A stretch of DNA of 64,000 nucleotides from Podarcis vaucheri. Lineage: Eukaryota. The notes beneath the pieces were generated by a model, which searched no databases, was not told the DNA's origin, and saw nothing but the letters and a program-made list of their open reading frames with translations. Made by a program: the position numbers and the translations under genes. Within the stretch, counting starts at the first letter, position 1, and the number at the start of each line of letters is the position of its first letter. This document shows positions 36,219 to 49,613 of the stretch, one piece after another. Where the stretch lies: assembly GCA_965113315.1 (NCBI GenBank), contig OZ220368.1; one strand, written 5' to 3'.

Positions 36219-38384
36219 ATACAAAACTACATGTTGAAAATAAAAATATAATATGCAGTCTTTTGCAGTGTAACTGAATTTTAAAAGTACATTTTTCTCT
36301 TTAAACAAGTACTCATTTCTTAACAATATGGTAAATTTTAAGGTCATTTTAAAGGCTATGGTTGAAGCAAACCAGTCAGTCAATAGCATTTTGCACAAAC
36401 ATAACCCAAACAAATGGTTTTCTGCAGGGGGGAAAGGAGGAAGGAAAAGTCAGTATTTTCCCTCTATCAGTAAGTTTAATAGCAAAACAAAGTTATTGAA
36501 AAAGCTACTTCTGTGGTGAAATTGGAATGCCATCTCTTGAAGTAGGAATCTACTGCAGCCATGTAAAATCTAAATAGAATTGAGCTTCCATCTGTAAAAT
36601 TGAATGTTGTCACAGAAGGAAGTAAAATTTAAAAGCAACTTTTTATATGCAAGGAAAAGAAAGAGCAGGAAATGTAAGGCCCTTCTGCAAAGGAGCCTCT
36701 TTATGCCCACCCTGTCTCCCAGGGCAGAACATTGAGCACCTGAGTTCTTTTCAGGTTCAGCATGGGCTAAGAATTTAACTGTCTTCATAGCATATGGCCC
36801 ACCATTAATAAATTCAGTAGAAGTGTTTGTATTCAGCTGGGGTTAACTTCTCCAGCCATTTAATTTGGGGTCTAGTTCTAATGCCTTGTCTTATGTTCTA
36901 GTTGCAGTTTACATAGGTTGTACTAGGAGGGCTTTTTTGTTATTACTAATCTTAGGCAAGCAGTAGCACCTGGCTCAACTATGATTTCCTACCCACAGAG
37001 GAAAGTTAACGATTACAGCTCTCACTGCTATATGTTTGCTTTTAAAAAATAATTTCTTGACAGGCTTGGAGCAACTGCTGTCCCCACCTTACCCTTGAAT
37101 GCTCACCATTTTGCCCATGCTGCTCCAATTTTAGATTGCTCTTTAAAAGGCCAGCGACTCTTACCCATGGGGGTGTGTGGCCAGCCTTGAATAACAGCAG
37201 CCTGTGTCTTGTTGAAGCTTAGGTTTGCTTTCTCTCTTATGTGGAGACAGCTCTTTCCACAGGGCTATCAGTTGCTCAGGGATGGAAATCGGATTTAACA
37301 GGAACGTGCTCGTGTTCTTTTGCTTACTCTCATTGCCGGCTTTGTACGCTGCAGTGAGAGGGCTCAAGCCGTTCTTCTCATAAGTGCCGTCTTAGGTAAG
37401 ACAGAGTGCAAACTTCTCAGCCTGAAGTGAAAGCAAAACATGCAACAGCAGCCAAACTATTACAGTTTTCACAGGCTAGCTTTACAGAGTGCTGCTACTA
37501 TAAAGTGTTAGATAAGTGCAGGCTTAATGGTGGGGATAAATGCACACCAAATGGGAAAATAAAAAGTTACCTAAAAAAAACCCCAGGGCCAACTACAAAA
37601 AGAACAAATTTCCATGGTAACTTATTTTTTTTAAGCCTAACAATTCTCACGCCTGTGACAGGCTCTCTCAAAACTTACGAGGGCAGATTTTTGCTATGTC
37701 ATCAGGCTTGGGGAACAGTTTTATCACAAATAAAGAAAAATAAAGTTAAACTATCCTATTTATACACACAAAACTGCAAGCGTAATTTACATACAGCTTC
37801 TAGAGAGATTCTGCTTTGCTTGGGACAGACGTAGAAGGTACCCTCAGTTATGCTGCTTTCTTTCTCTGTACATCTCTATAGAATATTCCGACATGTCTTG
37901 GAGGTACTTCAACCAATAATCTGGTCAAGATAATGTAAACGATAATTTCAATGTCTAGAGAAATTAACCATAAGCGGCAGTATAGTGAGGTCAGAATGGA
38001 GGTCTTCATAATAAGTTCATCTACAAACATCAGAAATGTTTACATTTCCTTTCCTTTAATTTACTCCCCAGTGATCTCTGCACCCGTTTGAGCATTGAAC
38101 ACATGACTGCAATTGTCTTAAAACATGACCATTGTTTGTTTCTAATCCGTAACAGAAGTGTATTAGCTGCAAAGATAGCATAGCCATTTTGTAGTATTAG
38201 AAGCTGCCCTGATCCTGTTTGTTGACAAATGCATAGACGATTCAGAATTATGGAACAACTGTTCTCAATCACGCACCCACCCCCTCATAATAGTGTTAAC
38301 AAAAGCTTAATTTTTCCAGTTTTAAAGTGCAAATGATTCAGATACAGCTGCTGCTGGAACAGGTCTGAACAGAAAATGAAGTCC

Positions 38385-38546
38385 TTATGAGATGTTTTCC
38401 AGAATATAAAAAATAAGCTCCATTATGACTGGGCCCTCACTCAGCTGGCATGCCCCTCCATGAATCACTGGAACTAAGGCACTGTCCAGGTCATTCATGT
38501 ACTGAGCAGGCAGTGGCTGCCCATTGCTCCCAGCCTGGTAGCCAAC
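38385..38546 (-). CDS. ZFYVE9: ZFYVE9 last coding exon (VGYQAGSNGQPLPAQYMNDLDSALVPVIHGGACQLSEGPVIMELIFYILENIS*)
   Basis: tag acceptor, TAA stop at 38387-38385. Confidence 0.96.
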   Translation of the reverse strand, partial: VGYQAGSNGQPLPAQYMNDLDSALVPVIHGGACQLSEGPVIMELIFYILENIS

Positions 38547-39071
38547 CTAAAAAGTAAGTAAAGAGAAAATATTATTTTGTTTTGAAACTAGATACTAAAG
38601 CAATCCCTTAGCATGACGGAAGAGGTTCTAAAATTTTATCCATGGAAGAATGCAGGTAAGCAGGCCCATCCTGTGATTTTGAAGCAACCCTTCAAGATTA
38701 CATGAAACATAATCCACAATAGGCTTGAACTTGGAGCTTTTCAAATAATCACCCTCAGAAGTTTAAAAGAGGCTTTTTTCAGCTTTTTGAAATACAACAG
38801 ACATAAAAACAAGTGCAAAAGGAGGTCCTTTCCAGTTCAAAAAGTGGAAGTGAGGTCCAGGAAGAGCTTGTGTCACCTAACAACTGAATAAGAAGAATCA
38901 TTTTCAAGGAATAAATAGTACAGTAACCTCAATCTGCATGTTTTCACATTAGGGTCGCAGCAATTCTGTAAAAAAGCATATCTCCCCCACCCCCAAAATA
39001 GATTCCAGCTTATTTAATTACCAATGCCAAAGATGTGGAGAGAATTTTCCCCACAAGATGTGTTCACTTAC

Positions 39072-39248
39072 TTGATCAGCATCAAGCGTAACACGTAAAC
39101 CCAGCTTGGTCATCCCGTCTTCCTTCAAAAGCTTCAGGTGAGGGCACAAGGCCAGGCAGAAAGCCTTGGCCACATTCTCAGTCAGCCTGCTGTGGTCAGC
39201 AGGGTCACTTAGGCCATTGTGTTGGTCATCATTTTCCAGAAAGAAAAC
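39072..39248 (-). CDS. ZFYVE9: ZFYVE9 penultimate exon (VFFLENDDQHNGLSDPADHSRLTENVAKAFCLALCPHLKLLKEDGMTKLGLRVTLDADQ)
   Basis: cag acceptor, gtaagt donor, phase 0-0. Confidence 0.95.
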
Positions 39249-39879
39249 CTGAAGAAAACATAATTTTTCCAGTCTCTAAATTTCTGTACTATAACATCCT
39301 ATTCTTGTAACTCAAGATCACTGTGACAAGGGCAAGCTTTCTACTCCAGTTAATGGCAGGGATTTCGGCAATTGAGGGAAAGTAGTTAGACCTAGAACGG
39401 CACCAAACCAATGAAGAAAACATTTGGCCATTTTCCAATAGGACATGGTGGTGGGCAGATGTCCTTATATCGCTGTGAATTTTATCTCTGCAGAGTATTT
39501 AAGATCTTGATAATTAAATCTACAAGTCTGTTACATTTTAACAAATAAAAACTCAGCCTCAGGTTTCTGCTCATCCCATCAGTATGAGAGAAATAGCCAG
39601 AATAATTAGGGTAGATGGACTGCTAATAAATGTATCAGGAGTCTTTTCTAGGATACCTTCTATACAGTAGTGTACTATATATCCTTCAGAGCTAAGTCCC
39701 AAGGCTATATTCAAGGACATGTATAGTAGAACCCACACAATGAGTCTCAGCCTGGGCTATATAAAAAAGGAACACATTTGCATTCAACCAGAGTATTTGG
39801 TGAGGGCTAACATGGCTCCCCCCCCCCAAATCAAGCAATACTTCTGCATTAACATACAAAAACAGTTTTGCTTCCTCAC

Positions 39880-39985
39880 CTCTGTCCACCTAATGACCTT
39901 CCCATTTGCTTTATACTCTGAGCCATGGAATATTTTCACGCTTGTGATAGACTCCATTGATTTTCCATCAATGGGACTTACAACA
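39880..39985 (-). CDS. ZFYVE9: ZFYVE9 exon (VVSPIDGKSMESITSVKIFHGSEYKANGKVIRWTE)
   Basis: tag acceptor, gtgagg donor, phase 2-0. Confidence 0.95.
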
Positions 39986-41852
39986 CTAGAAAGGAGGAAG
40001 TAAGAAACTTTTGTTAGCAGAATTTAAGAATACAGACCCAGATCAGAAGACTATGCAGAAAAATAAGTCCCTTCATCAAGACAATTTCATATACGTTGGG
40101 GAGATTGCAATAGAACACCACAAGCAGTTAAATGGACTGTGTGCAGACACACAAAGTAGTATGAGAGAGCCTTCTGTATACACGTTTTTGTTACCACCAT
40201 TTCTGGTCAAATCAATTTTGCACATGTTAACGGTGCTTCCAGTTGTACCACAGAAAAGCCAAAGCCAGAAATATGATCGGTACAGTTGCAAAGCATGTGT
40301 ATGGTACTGAAGCAGAGCTTAATGGTGTACTGGCAGGGATGCTGCCAGGGAGTTGGACTAAATTACTTCTAAGGTCCCATCTCTATACAGTAAATAGATA
40401 ACCATCTGAATACTTATGAAACCTTTTAAAAAGAAAAACAGAGTTCAAAGCTGTCTTTGTCCCCATACAAATACCCTAACATTTCAACACTTTGGACAAT
40501 GTATGGCTGCGAGGGCACAGAACTTTTTCCAACCAGACAACTGCATTTTCTCGTGAGAGGCGTGTCAGTGGTGGGTGGGGCAGGAGATGAGTCTTACCTT
40601 TAGGAGCAACTGGAATGTAACTTACTGCACAAATGTGAAAGGTTTCTACACCCTTTCCCCTCAACATCTCTCAATGCAGGCAAACGAAAGACATAACAAT
40701 TCAAGGACACATTCAAGCCAGACAAAAACACTCAAAGAATACATGGAGCAGGGAGGATGGGGTGGGAGGATGATACAAGGGGTCTGGAGGGCTATATTCT
40801 TCCCCCAGACCTAAGGTTCCCCACTATTTAGTGTAAACATTTAGTGTTTGTTTTAATGCAGAAGTCTTTTTCACACGGTAGCAAAGCTCTTCCCTTTTTT
40901 GTTTTGGTAATCATCAAGCTACTGAAGCAAGATTAAGGCTAATGCCACTGTAAAGGTAAACAGGAAGCTGCTCCCATCAACCTACAAAAATAATTGTCTG
41001 TGTGAAACCACAGAACACCCCAGGAAGTCATCTGGAATACTACTACAACGGCAGCATCCTGAATAAATGCCTCTTTGAAGTAATGTCCCTGCAGCGGGGG
41101 GATGTAGCACATTCTACTACTGCATTACACAGAAAATCATGAAGACAGTCTAGGGAAGCATAATAACTGTAACACAGTTAACACAACAAACAGTGTGTTA
41201 ACCTCTGCAACTGAAAAGTAATTGCCACCATATGTGGAAGCATAAAATGCAGTTAGAGCTGTTAACATCCCATGCACCTATCTTACGTCGGTGGTTCAAC
41301 ATACCTTATCTATTTCTTTATAGCAATTATTTTAAGACAACAAAGGATATGTCTCCTCCTTGCACACTCACACACATGCTGACAGAAAGCACCAGCTGCT
41401 GCGATTTCCCTCAGTGTGTCGACACAATGCCTGTGCATTCATCTCAAAAGATGGTGCATACACAAATTTCAAATACCAAAGATACTCATGTAGTACATGC
41501 TTTAATCTCTCATGCAAGTTGTAAGGGGTAGCTTGGTTCCTATAACATTAACAAGTGTTCAGGTGATGCTGTAGAGCAAGATATACATATGATAAATTAA
41601 TTCGTGAGACATCTGGCCTTAGCATCAGGCTTTTTTTATTAAAAAAAACACCTCTGGGGAGTCAGATCAGCTAACACCCTCTGCTAATTAATTTGAAGGT
41701 GCTAGTTCATACCCCTTAAGAATATCACCTCCTGGAATATGAACATGCACTCCATGCAAACAGGCAGATGAATGTGCCATCTTTTCCTTACCAAGAAAGC
41801 ATATAAAACCAAACAAGCTCATTTAATATCAAGAAAATACTCCTATATTTAC

Positions 41853-42015
41853 CCCTTGTTGAAGTTTTTGTCATCATCCACCCACTGAATGTGCACATGT
41901 TCTTGAGGCTCTTCAGCATCCACTTTACCACAGGCAATAGTGAAGTCTTTCATCTCCCTCAGAGCCTGCCTTAGGGAGTCCATATTTTCAGCCGTTATCT
42001 GGACCATGACTCCAT
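41853..42015 (-). CDS. ZFYVE9: ZFYVE9 exon ([30 protein letters not shown]...DDDKNFNK)
   Basis: tag acceptor, gtaaat donor, phase 1-2. Confidence 0.95.
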
Positions 42016-42885
42016 CTAGGTAGGACAAGACATAATCAGGACAACAGCCCACAGCTGTATTCTTAACCAGAGAACAAATGTACGGTGGGTTCATGCTGCA
42101 AACATCCAAGTCCAAAACCAAACTTTTGAACATACACTTGCTAATAGGAGGTGGGTGGAATCCTGAGCCCTGGATTTCAGATTTGCCTAGGGGTTTATAT
42201 GTAGACAGTGCAGCCTGCACAATCCATACACTACAAAAATCAAGGCATAAAATTATATAGATTAGGCCTTGGTATAAAAATGGAATCAAAGCCTGGATAG
42301 GACAGCACAATCCCAATCTCCAACACACACACCCTCCAAAAGAAAACATTCCAGGATGTACTCTGTGTGCTACATTGTGCAGCACATTATACAAAATTAG
42401 CCTAAGCTGAAACATCAGGTGTTTATGTCATTATTTGTTTTAAATTACTTCTATATTGCCATTTCATAAGAAAAAAGCAGTTTACAGAAATTATATATAC
42501 ACAATATAATTGGTATTGACAGCAGGAGTACAAATTAACTTTAAAAGAGCCTTTTTCATAACTACTACTTATCTATAATCTATATTCCTGTTCTAGTGTT
42601 AAAATCCTCACAGACATTTTCACTCCTTAAAAAAAATAAAATCACATTATCCACATTCAATTTTCCACCACCGTCTGGTACTATAAGCACAGGAGTCAGT
42701 ACATTCCTCTTTTTTGTTTATTTAAGCTTGTCTCTTGGTCTAAGATTCTAAGAACCCAATACTTAGTTTAAAAATAGCAATACGTTTTGTAAACAAGGGT
42801 AAGTTCTAACCGAACTTACCGAAGCACTGTTACATTTAACCAAGAAGAAACTAGTGTACATGGTGAAAGGTGACTCAAAACTTAC

Positions 42886-42966
42886 CTTCTACAATGCTGG
42901 ACTTTGCCAGATAGCCTGAAGAAGACTTTAGAGCTCCACTGAACACAAAGAAGCTAGCTCCAGTCA
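42886..42966 (-). CDS. ZFYVE9: ZFYVE9 exon (TGASFFVFSGALKSSSGYLAKSSIVE)
   Basis: cag acceptor, gtaagt donor, phase 1-1. Confidence 0.95.
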
Positions 42967-43752
42967 CTGCAACAAATGGGAGACATGAATAAGATTCATA
43001 TTGTTTGTTTGTTTGTTTGTTTAAGTCAATGACCAGTAGAGAAGATAAAAAGAAAACACATAAAACACAATAAAATGTATTAAGTATTACATGTGGAGTT
43101 AAAAACAATGTAAGATAAAACATGAGAAATATAATTATATTAAAATGTAAAAAAACAAGGTAATGTGTTAGTAATTCTAAAATTAAGACACTGTATATAA
43201 AAGCCAGGTTTCAGTATTAGATCAGCAACAAAACAGCCAATAATCCAAGCAAAGCCCATGTAAAACAAATGTATGCAACTACCAATATTCAATGATGGAG
43301 GAAAGCTCCTTTCAATAGCGTTTTCTAAGCCAAGTAAAACACTTTAGCAAGTCCAAGTATTAAAAAGAAACCCACATTTTCCACCTAATCACTAAAAGTA
43401 ATCCTACAGCTTTAAAATTTGATGTCCTGGGAAAATTACTACTTCAGCACAGCCCTGAGTAATGAGTAGTTCCAAACAGGTTCTGCAAGGGGACTTTCCT
43501 TGAAGAATGAAGAGGTGTGTGCTGTCTTCATGAAAACCTCTTTACTTACTAAAATTTAAGCATTAGATAATGGCAAGGAAATAGAATACAAGTTCTCTGT
43601 GCACCACTGTGATATTTTATAATGTGAGCAATTCATAGAATTTTTTTTTTTTTAAATCAGCCAGAGGCAGAATTAGTGCAATGCCCAGAATCCAACTAGC
43701 TGTGGGTGAAAGGCGATTTTACTTCCAGCATCTTTCAGCCAGTTCAAGATTA

Positions 43753-44014
43753 AAGATAAAGGTACCCCTGACCGTTAGGTCCAGTCGTGGACTCCTCTGG
43801 TGTTGCATGCTCATCTCGCTCTATAGGCCAAGACAGCTTCCGGGTCATGTGGCCAGCATGACTAAGCCGCTTCTGGTGAACCAGAGCAGCGCACGGAAAC
43901 ACTGTTTATCTTCCCACCAGAGAGGTACCTATTTATCTACTTGCACTTTGACGGGCTTTTGCACTGCTAGGTGGGCAGAAGCTGGGACCGAACGAGAGCT
44001 CACCCCGTTGCAGT
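43753..44014 (-). mobile_element. 5'-truncated Sauria SINE
   Basis: Homologous to 53124-53487; ACCTTT-type tail on minus; 11-bp TSD GTTCAAGATTA (43742-43752, 44015-44025). Confidence 0.88.
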
Positions 44015-44615
44015 GTTCAAGATTACTCACAGTCTTATATAGAATTCCCTCCAGAAAACGTATTCCATACAATTGGCCAGTCAAAAAGCTTAAATGGTTA
44101 TTTGCTCTCCTTCAAAAAGGAGATCTGTGGGTATTCTTAGGACTTCAGGAGCAAGCCACAGTGGACCCCCATGCTCAGTATCGGCTGCATCTGGTTTAAG
44201 CAGCTGGAACAAAAGCTTTCAAGCTTCATAAATTGGATTATTGCAAGGATGTTTACATGGAGCCTTCAAAGGCTGTTTGGAAGCTGGTACAGAATCTACC
44301 ACCCATCTGTTAACGTAAGTGGTGACAGGATGATCATTACTTGACTTTAGCACCAGATCAAGTAAACATCACAATTGTGAACTAGGAGTATGTATCTCTG
44401 CAAAGGGGATCTCCTATAGTGATGAAAAGACAATTCATTTGTGAGTGCTGCATTCATATATACCTAGAATGTAAAGTTCAGCTGAATAAATGCTAAGCAT
44501 TACTGGCTGAGAAAGGTTCAGAAAGCAAATTAATTGGCCTGTTTCAGATGCAACACTAAAGCATTGTTTAGCAGGAGAAGATCAAGCCACAAAAAAGCTT
44601 CACACTGTCACCAAA

Positions 44616-44759
44616 TCACAGAATTGTAGAGTTGGAAGGGACCATGAGGGTCATCTAGTCCAACCCCCTGCAATGCAGGCATCTTTTGCCCAAAGTGCAG
44701 CTTGAACCCACAACCCCAAGATTAAGAGTCTCATGCTCTACTGACTGAGCTATCCCAGC
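44616..44759 (-). mobile_element. tRNA-Lys(CTT)-derived SINE with CR1-type 3' tail
   Basis: Minus strand TAGCTCAGTCAGTAGAGCATGAGACTCTTAATC...GTGGGTTCAAG head (44687-44759), then GGGTTGGACTAGATGACC...GGTCCCTTCCAACTCTA...ATTCTGTG. Confidence 0.85.
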
Positions 44760-45199
44760 TATGTATACCATTCCTCCTCCACACACGTGGAGAAGAGACT
44801 GAAAGCATTCACGTTTCCCTTTATCTCCTGAGTTCATAAGCTGTGATAGTACAAAGAAGCCAGGATCTCAAACCACAGTATAGCTGATGAATCCCACCAT
44901 GGTGTGTAGTGTAAGAAAGATGAAAAATGGACTTTTAAAATGGAGAGGCAAATGGAAATAGGCAGTGAAAAGCTGCATAGTATTCAATGTGTTTGCACAA
45001 AGTGCTCCAATTAATATTAATACTAATATTAAAATTAATTATAACCCATAATTTCTCAGGGCAGTATAACACATGTTATTAAGGTTCAAAATTACAGCTA
45101 TGACATTAAAACCATGGAGACTGCAAAATAGTAACCCAGCAGCAGAGAAGCAACTTCTTTAAATCAGACATCTCCATAGGCCTGAATGAAAAAATCTCT

Positions 45200-45860
45200 T
45201 AACATAAAACTATTAATGAGAGGAAAAACTGTTTATGAGAGTAACAACTGTATCTCCTATGGGAAGGAATTCCCCACCCAGTGTGCCATTAAGGCCCTGC
45301 TCACTGTTAGCATACAACCAACTGCAGTTGTTCATGCAACTGCAAGCAGGACATCCCTCACATATCTTAAAGAATAACGTCAGCATATAATGGGATAGTT
45401 GTTCCTTTAAGTACTTAGGTCCCAAGCTGTATATGGCTTTGTACACCAAATCCAGCACCTTAAATTGGGCCCAGGCAGCCAGTGTCAAAGATCACTTACA
45501 TATGAACCTGTCAAGACTTTTGCAGCCACATTCTTCACCAACTGCATCTCCAAGGGCAGGCCCATATAGAGCACACTGCAGTAGTCTAAGCTTGAGGTTA
45601 CCAGGCCATACAGCTAGGCTGCCCTGGTGATGAACCAGCAGAAGCTGGGCTGAGGCATCTCTTGCCATTGAAGCCTCGTGAGCTTCTAGAAGCACCCTCA
45701 GCTTATGAATCTGCTGCTTCGGGAAGGGTTGCAGCTTCGTTCAGAATAGGCCATATACCCAATTCTCACCTGTGAACCATCACCAACAGTGCCTTTGTCT
45801 TATCAAGATTCAGTCTCAGTTTAGTGGCTCTCATTCAGGCCATAACTGCCTTCAGGCACT
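45200..45860 (-). mobile_element. Degenerate L2-clade LINE ORF2 3' fragment
   Basis: Minus-strand WAQFKVLDLVYKAIYSLGPKYLKEQL motif; boundaries approximate. Confidence 0.7.
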
Positions 45861-45986
45861 AGGGCTCTTTGCTCATCATGCACTTATAAAATCAAAAGGG
45901 CTTACAAGCAAAAAACAATGAACAAGAAAACAATGCAAACAGCAGACTGTTTATGGGGGGGTGAATACATTGTCAGCAACTCTCAC

Positions 45987-46137
45987 CCTTCCGCGGTTGA
46001 TTATGAATACTGATGGCCTGTGTCTGATAGTTCCCATCATCATTCTGCACACACACGAGATGAGAGTCTGCCCTGTCATTGAAGCATGCCCCACCTGCTA
46101 GAACATGCTCATTGGACTTGTTCATGGCTTTCATCAT
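45987..46137 (-). CDS. ZFYVE9: ZFYVE9 exon ([50 protein letters not shown])
   Basis: cag acceptor, gtgaga donor, phase 0-1. Confidence 0.95.
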
Positions 46138-46884
46138 CTGCAACCAAAACATTTGCCATTACCACACAATATGAGACCACCACCCAAGAAATGTGAGAAC
46201 TGTCTCCACAGGTGCAAACCCTGAAGAAAAATGACATCTGTACAGGGCAGATGGAGGCAAACTTTTTTTTCTGTCAAAGAACTCCTTTCAGGGATAACTG
46301 GGAGGGGGCGGGGCTAAACTCAGCAGTGGCCAAGGCCAGAGCCAAAGGTAGTCTCTCTCTCTCTTGTCCATGGGGGGCACTTCAGTCTTGCCAAGGGTCT
46401 GAGGTGATGCTTGCCAACGATCACATAAAATCAGGCCAATGGCTGTGGAGTGCCCATCCCAGGAATAGGGACAAATTAAACTATTTGCAATGCTCTTTCT
46501 TGGCTCTTTGAAAAAAAAATAAACATTTAACAATCACTGAATTAAAATTTTAGTCCTCCAAAAGAAATATATGATTTATGGCATACAATATTTTGGAGAA
46601 GAACATGCAAGACAGTTTACACCTGATCTGCCATATCAACATGAGATATTAAGGTATGTCATTATTCATAATTTTTCAGATGGGAGAAAAGGTAAAGAGA
46701 TATCATGGCTTAACCAAAGCTGCTCCCTCAGTTCCTTGCTGAGCAAGAATTTGAAACCCGATCTCACAGATCCAGTTGTATTCACCCCTCAAGTAACTCC
46801 TAGTTCGTTCAATATTTCATCAATAGAAGAATCACTGTGATGCTTCTTGGACATGTGTGTTACATATTTATTCACACGACATAC

Positions 46885-46989
46885 CTCATTGTATCTGTTG
46901 CTGGGAATTTTGATGCTGGTTTTCCTCACTTCCATATCAACCACTAAGCCTTGGACAACTGGCAATGTATACTGGTAATTTCTGAAGTC
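46885..46989 (-). CDS. ZFYVE9: ZFYVE9 exon (DFRNYQYTLPVVQGLVVDMEVRKTSIKIPSNRYNE)
   Basis: tag acceptor, gtatgt donor, phase 0-0. Confidence 0.95.
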
Positions 46990-47457
46990 CTATCAGTGCA
47001 CAGAACAATGAAAATCACAATTGCTGCTGGCATTTGAGTTTCAGCAACGCAAGAACTATGGGTCAACTTTGAAAAATTACAATAAAAATACTAAATCCAT
47101 TCGCAATAAGCAGTATTCTTTACTCATTATTTTGTTTAAAATATTGCAAAATACATTTTGTTTCAGGAGCAACCTAACCCATCAGTAGGGGCTCTGAAAA
47201 CAACACTAAGTAGAAAGAACTGATATTGTACCAATGAGTTTCATGAGATGCAATGTGTATCAGAGTAAGCTGGGTACGTTTAGCTGTGAGAAAATAGAAA
47301 TTGCCTTTGGATGAACAAGAAGAGGAAAGGAGCACCTGATAATCTCCCATTCCCACCCACTCATCCACCTCTGCTATATTCCTTCCTGGTGTCCAATAAC
47401 ACACTTCACATTTGGAACAGGTGCCTGTTTAATCTCCTTAAATGCTATGGGGCATCA

Positions 47458-47707
47458 GAAGAAGAAGAAGAAGAAGAGTTTGGATTTGATATCCCGCCTT
47501 TCACTCCCCTTCAGGAGTCTCAAAGCGGCTAACAATCTCCTTTCCCTTCCTCCCCCACAACAAACACCCTGTGAGGTGAGTGGGGCTGAGAGACTTCAAT
47601 GAAGTGTGACTGGCCCAAGGTCACCCAGCAGCTGCATGTGGAGGAGCGGAGACGCGAACCCGGTTACCCAGATTACATGACTACCGCTCTTAACCACTAC
47701 ACCACTC
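47458..47707 (-). mobile_element. Squam3 SINE with (TTC)n tail, relatively young
   Basis: A box GTGTAGTGGTTAAG, B box GGTTCGCGTCTCC on minus; (GAA)n on plus at 47458-47477. Confidence 0.85.
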
Positions 47708-48129
47708 CAAGGTATTCTTTCTGTCCTTGAGCACAGCTGTGCTCTTTCTCTAGCATACAAAAATAAAAATAAAAATTACAGGACACTAAACTGGGGTTCC
47801 TTGGTATAAATGTACAGATGAAATGCTTAGGTGGTTTTTATTAACAGTAGTGTGCCTACAGCTATATGATGGTCCAGTTCAGAGATGTTAAAAAAAAAGG
47901 ACCTTTAGTGTTCTCTTTATTTAAAATAGATATTTGTTGCATAAAACTGTGTATTAGATTCTGCATGATATTGAGAGCAAACCTCATCCCCACCTCCTTT
48001 AAAGACTTATCCTTTTAGGGATAAGGGTTAATAGTCTTTAGGGACTAATTATAATCTGAGCTGTAAAATTGGTATTGTGGTGTTCTATGGTATTTTTGTT
48101 ATGCTCAGAAATACTTGTTTTTGTGATGT

Positions 48130-48261
48130 CTTTTAAATTATCTTTTGAAATCATATGGATGTTTTAGCCAGTTTTAAATTATATTTTTTGTTTACGTTTT
48201 TGTATGTAGTTTGTAAAACACTTTGAGAATAATTTTTTGCTTGAAAACTGTATATAAATTT

Positions 48262-48290
<29 letters not shown>
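48130..48290 (+). mobile_element. L2-type 3' UTR remnant with (AAAT)n tail
   Basis: GTAAAACACTTTGAG..GTATATAAAT..(AAAT)n. Confidence 0.5.
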
Positions 48291-48292
<2 letters not shown>

Positions 48293-48427
48293 TCTACTCC
48301 ATCATATCTAGATTTAAGAAATCTACACATTATTATATTTTCAGAATAACAGTGCATATAAATTAGGTGAGTGAACAGAACACATACATTTTTCTATTTA
48401 CAAAATAATCTTGTAACCATCACTTAC

Positions 48428-48510
48428 TGCAAGAAGATTCATAATTGTGTGTCCAGTCTCTCCAAACAATGGCTTACGAAATCTGACACTGAAAAGTGGG
48501 CACGGGTACA
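48428..48510 (-). CDS. ZFYVE9: ZFYVE9 exon (YPCPLFSVRFRKPLFGETGHTIMNLLA)
   Basis: tag acceptor, gtaagt donor, phase 1-0. Confidence 0.95.
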
Positions 48511-49613
48511 CTAAGAAAGAAAAAAGATCTCAGATTCAAACGTATCTATGGAGAAGTTCACTCCAAAAACCTTGCATTTGGTAGCTAGAAAATCAAATTT
48601 AGAAAAATATCAACAGTAGGAAGATCAAAATAACACCATAGCTTGTATCCAGACATGCTCAGAGAAGTTCCACTTGCACAGGAAGAAGTTCCATTTGCAC
48701 AACAAAAACCACGGACCCTCCACAAGTGGAGAACCCCCACTGGATTCTGATTCCCTCTGCAAATAGAATGAGCCCTTTTTTGCAAAGCGTCAAGTCTTGA
48801 TCCAACCCAGAGTTCTCCCTCATTGTGGTTCTTTGCCAGTGGTCCACATATAGTCACATACAAGGAAGGAATCATTCCACCTATGTTGGTGCCTGTCTGA
48901 TCAAGGACAATTGTAAGAATAGAATAATAGGATGGGCCTTCAGATTTCTACTTGGAGCACAGACATGTGCTGAGGAAAGATGCTCTGCCTTTCTAGCAAC
49001 ACTTTCCATGTTTTTATTTGTACACTACAGAGCCAAAATGGGAGCACAAGAAGTCACTGTGTGTGACCTAACACTAACCCCAACTGACTTAAACAAATGA
49101 TTGTTGTGGAGATCTTAACAGCTTATATTCAGTACTAGGTTTTTGTAACCATTTTTAATTTTCAAGTTTGCCTAGGTTTCAGTTACTTATGAAAGTGGTG
49201 CACACACAAAAGAACCACTGAATACAACTCTGAAAACCATGACTGCACCAGTTACTCCAAGCTCCCATGTCTGGTAGGGTGCCATAGAGCCCTCCGTCGC
49301 ACAGAAAGCCATTTTAAACCCCACTTCAGACACTGTTCCCATATAACATAACCTACTGTGCATTAAGTGCACAAGCAACTACTTTAATGTAGATTAATTT
49401 GGCCAACAGAATCACATTTAGTAATGTCCTTACAACGGTAGCTTGGACCCTAACGTTTTGCTCCATGAACAGAAGACTCCCTTTGCTCACAAAGCAAAAA
49501 GTTTGAATCCAAGGCAATGTGATTACCAGCAACAAAATGGTAAAATATGTATATATGACACTCTGAAACCAAGGCTGGGATCTAACGGGACACTGAAGAC
49601 TAATAGGACTTAC

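Noticed and set aside
41849-42415. 188-aa minus-strand ORF
   Set aside because: Only 41853-42015 is a ZFYVE9 exon; the rest is intron read-through
43681-44199. 172-aa ORF
   Set aside because: Chance ORF across a Sauria SINE
44687-44759. Functional tRNA-Lys gene
   Set aside because: Acceptor and T stems are disrupted and it runs into a CR1 tail, so it is a SINE head
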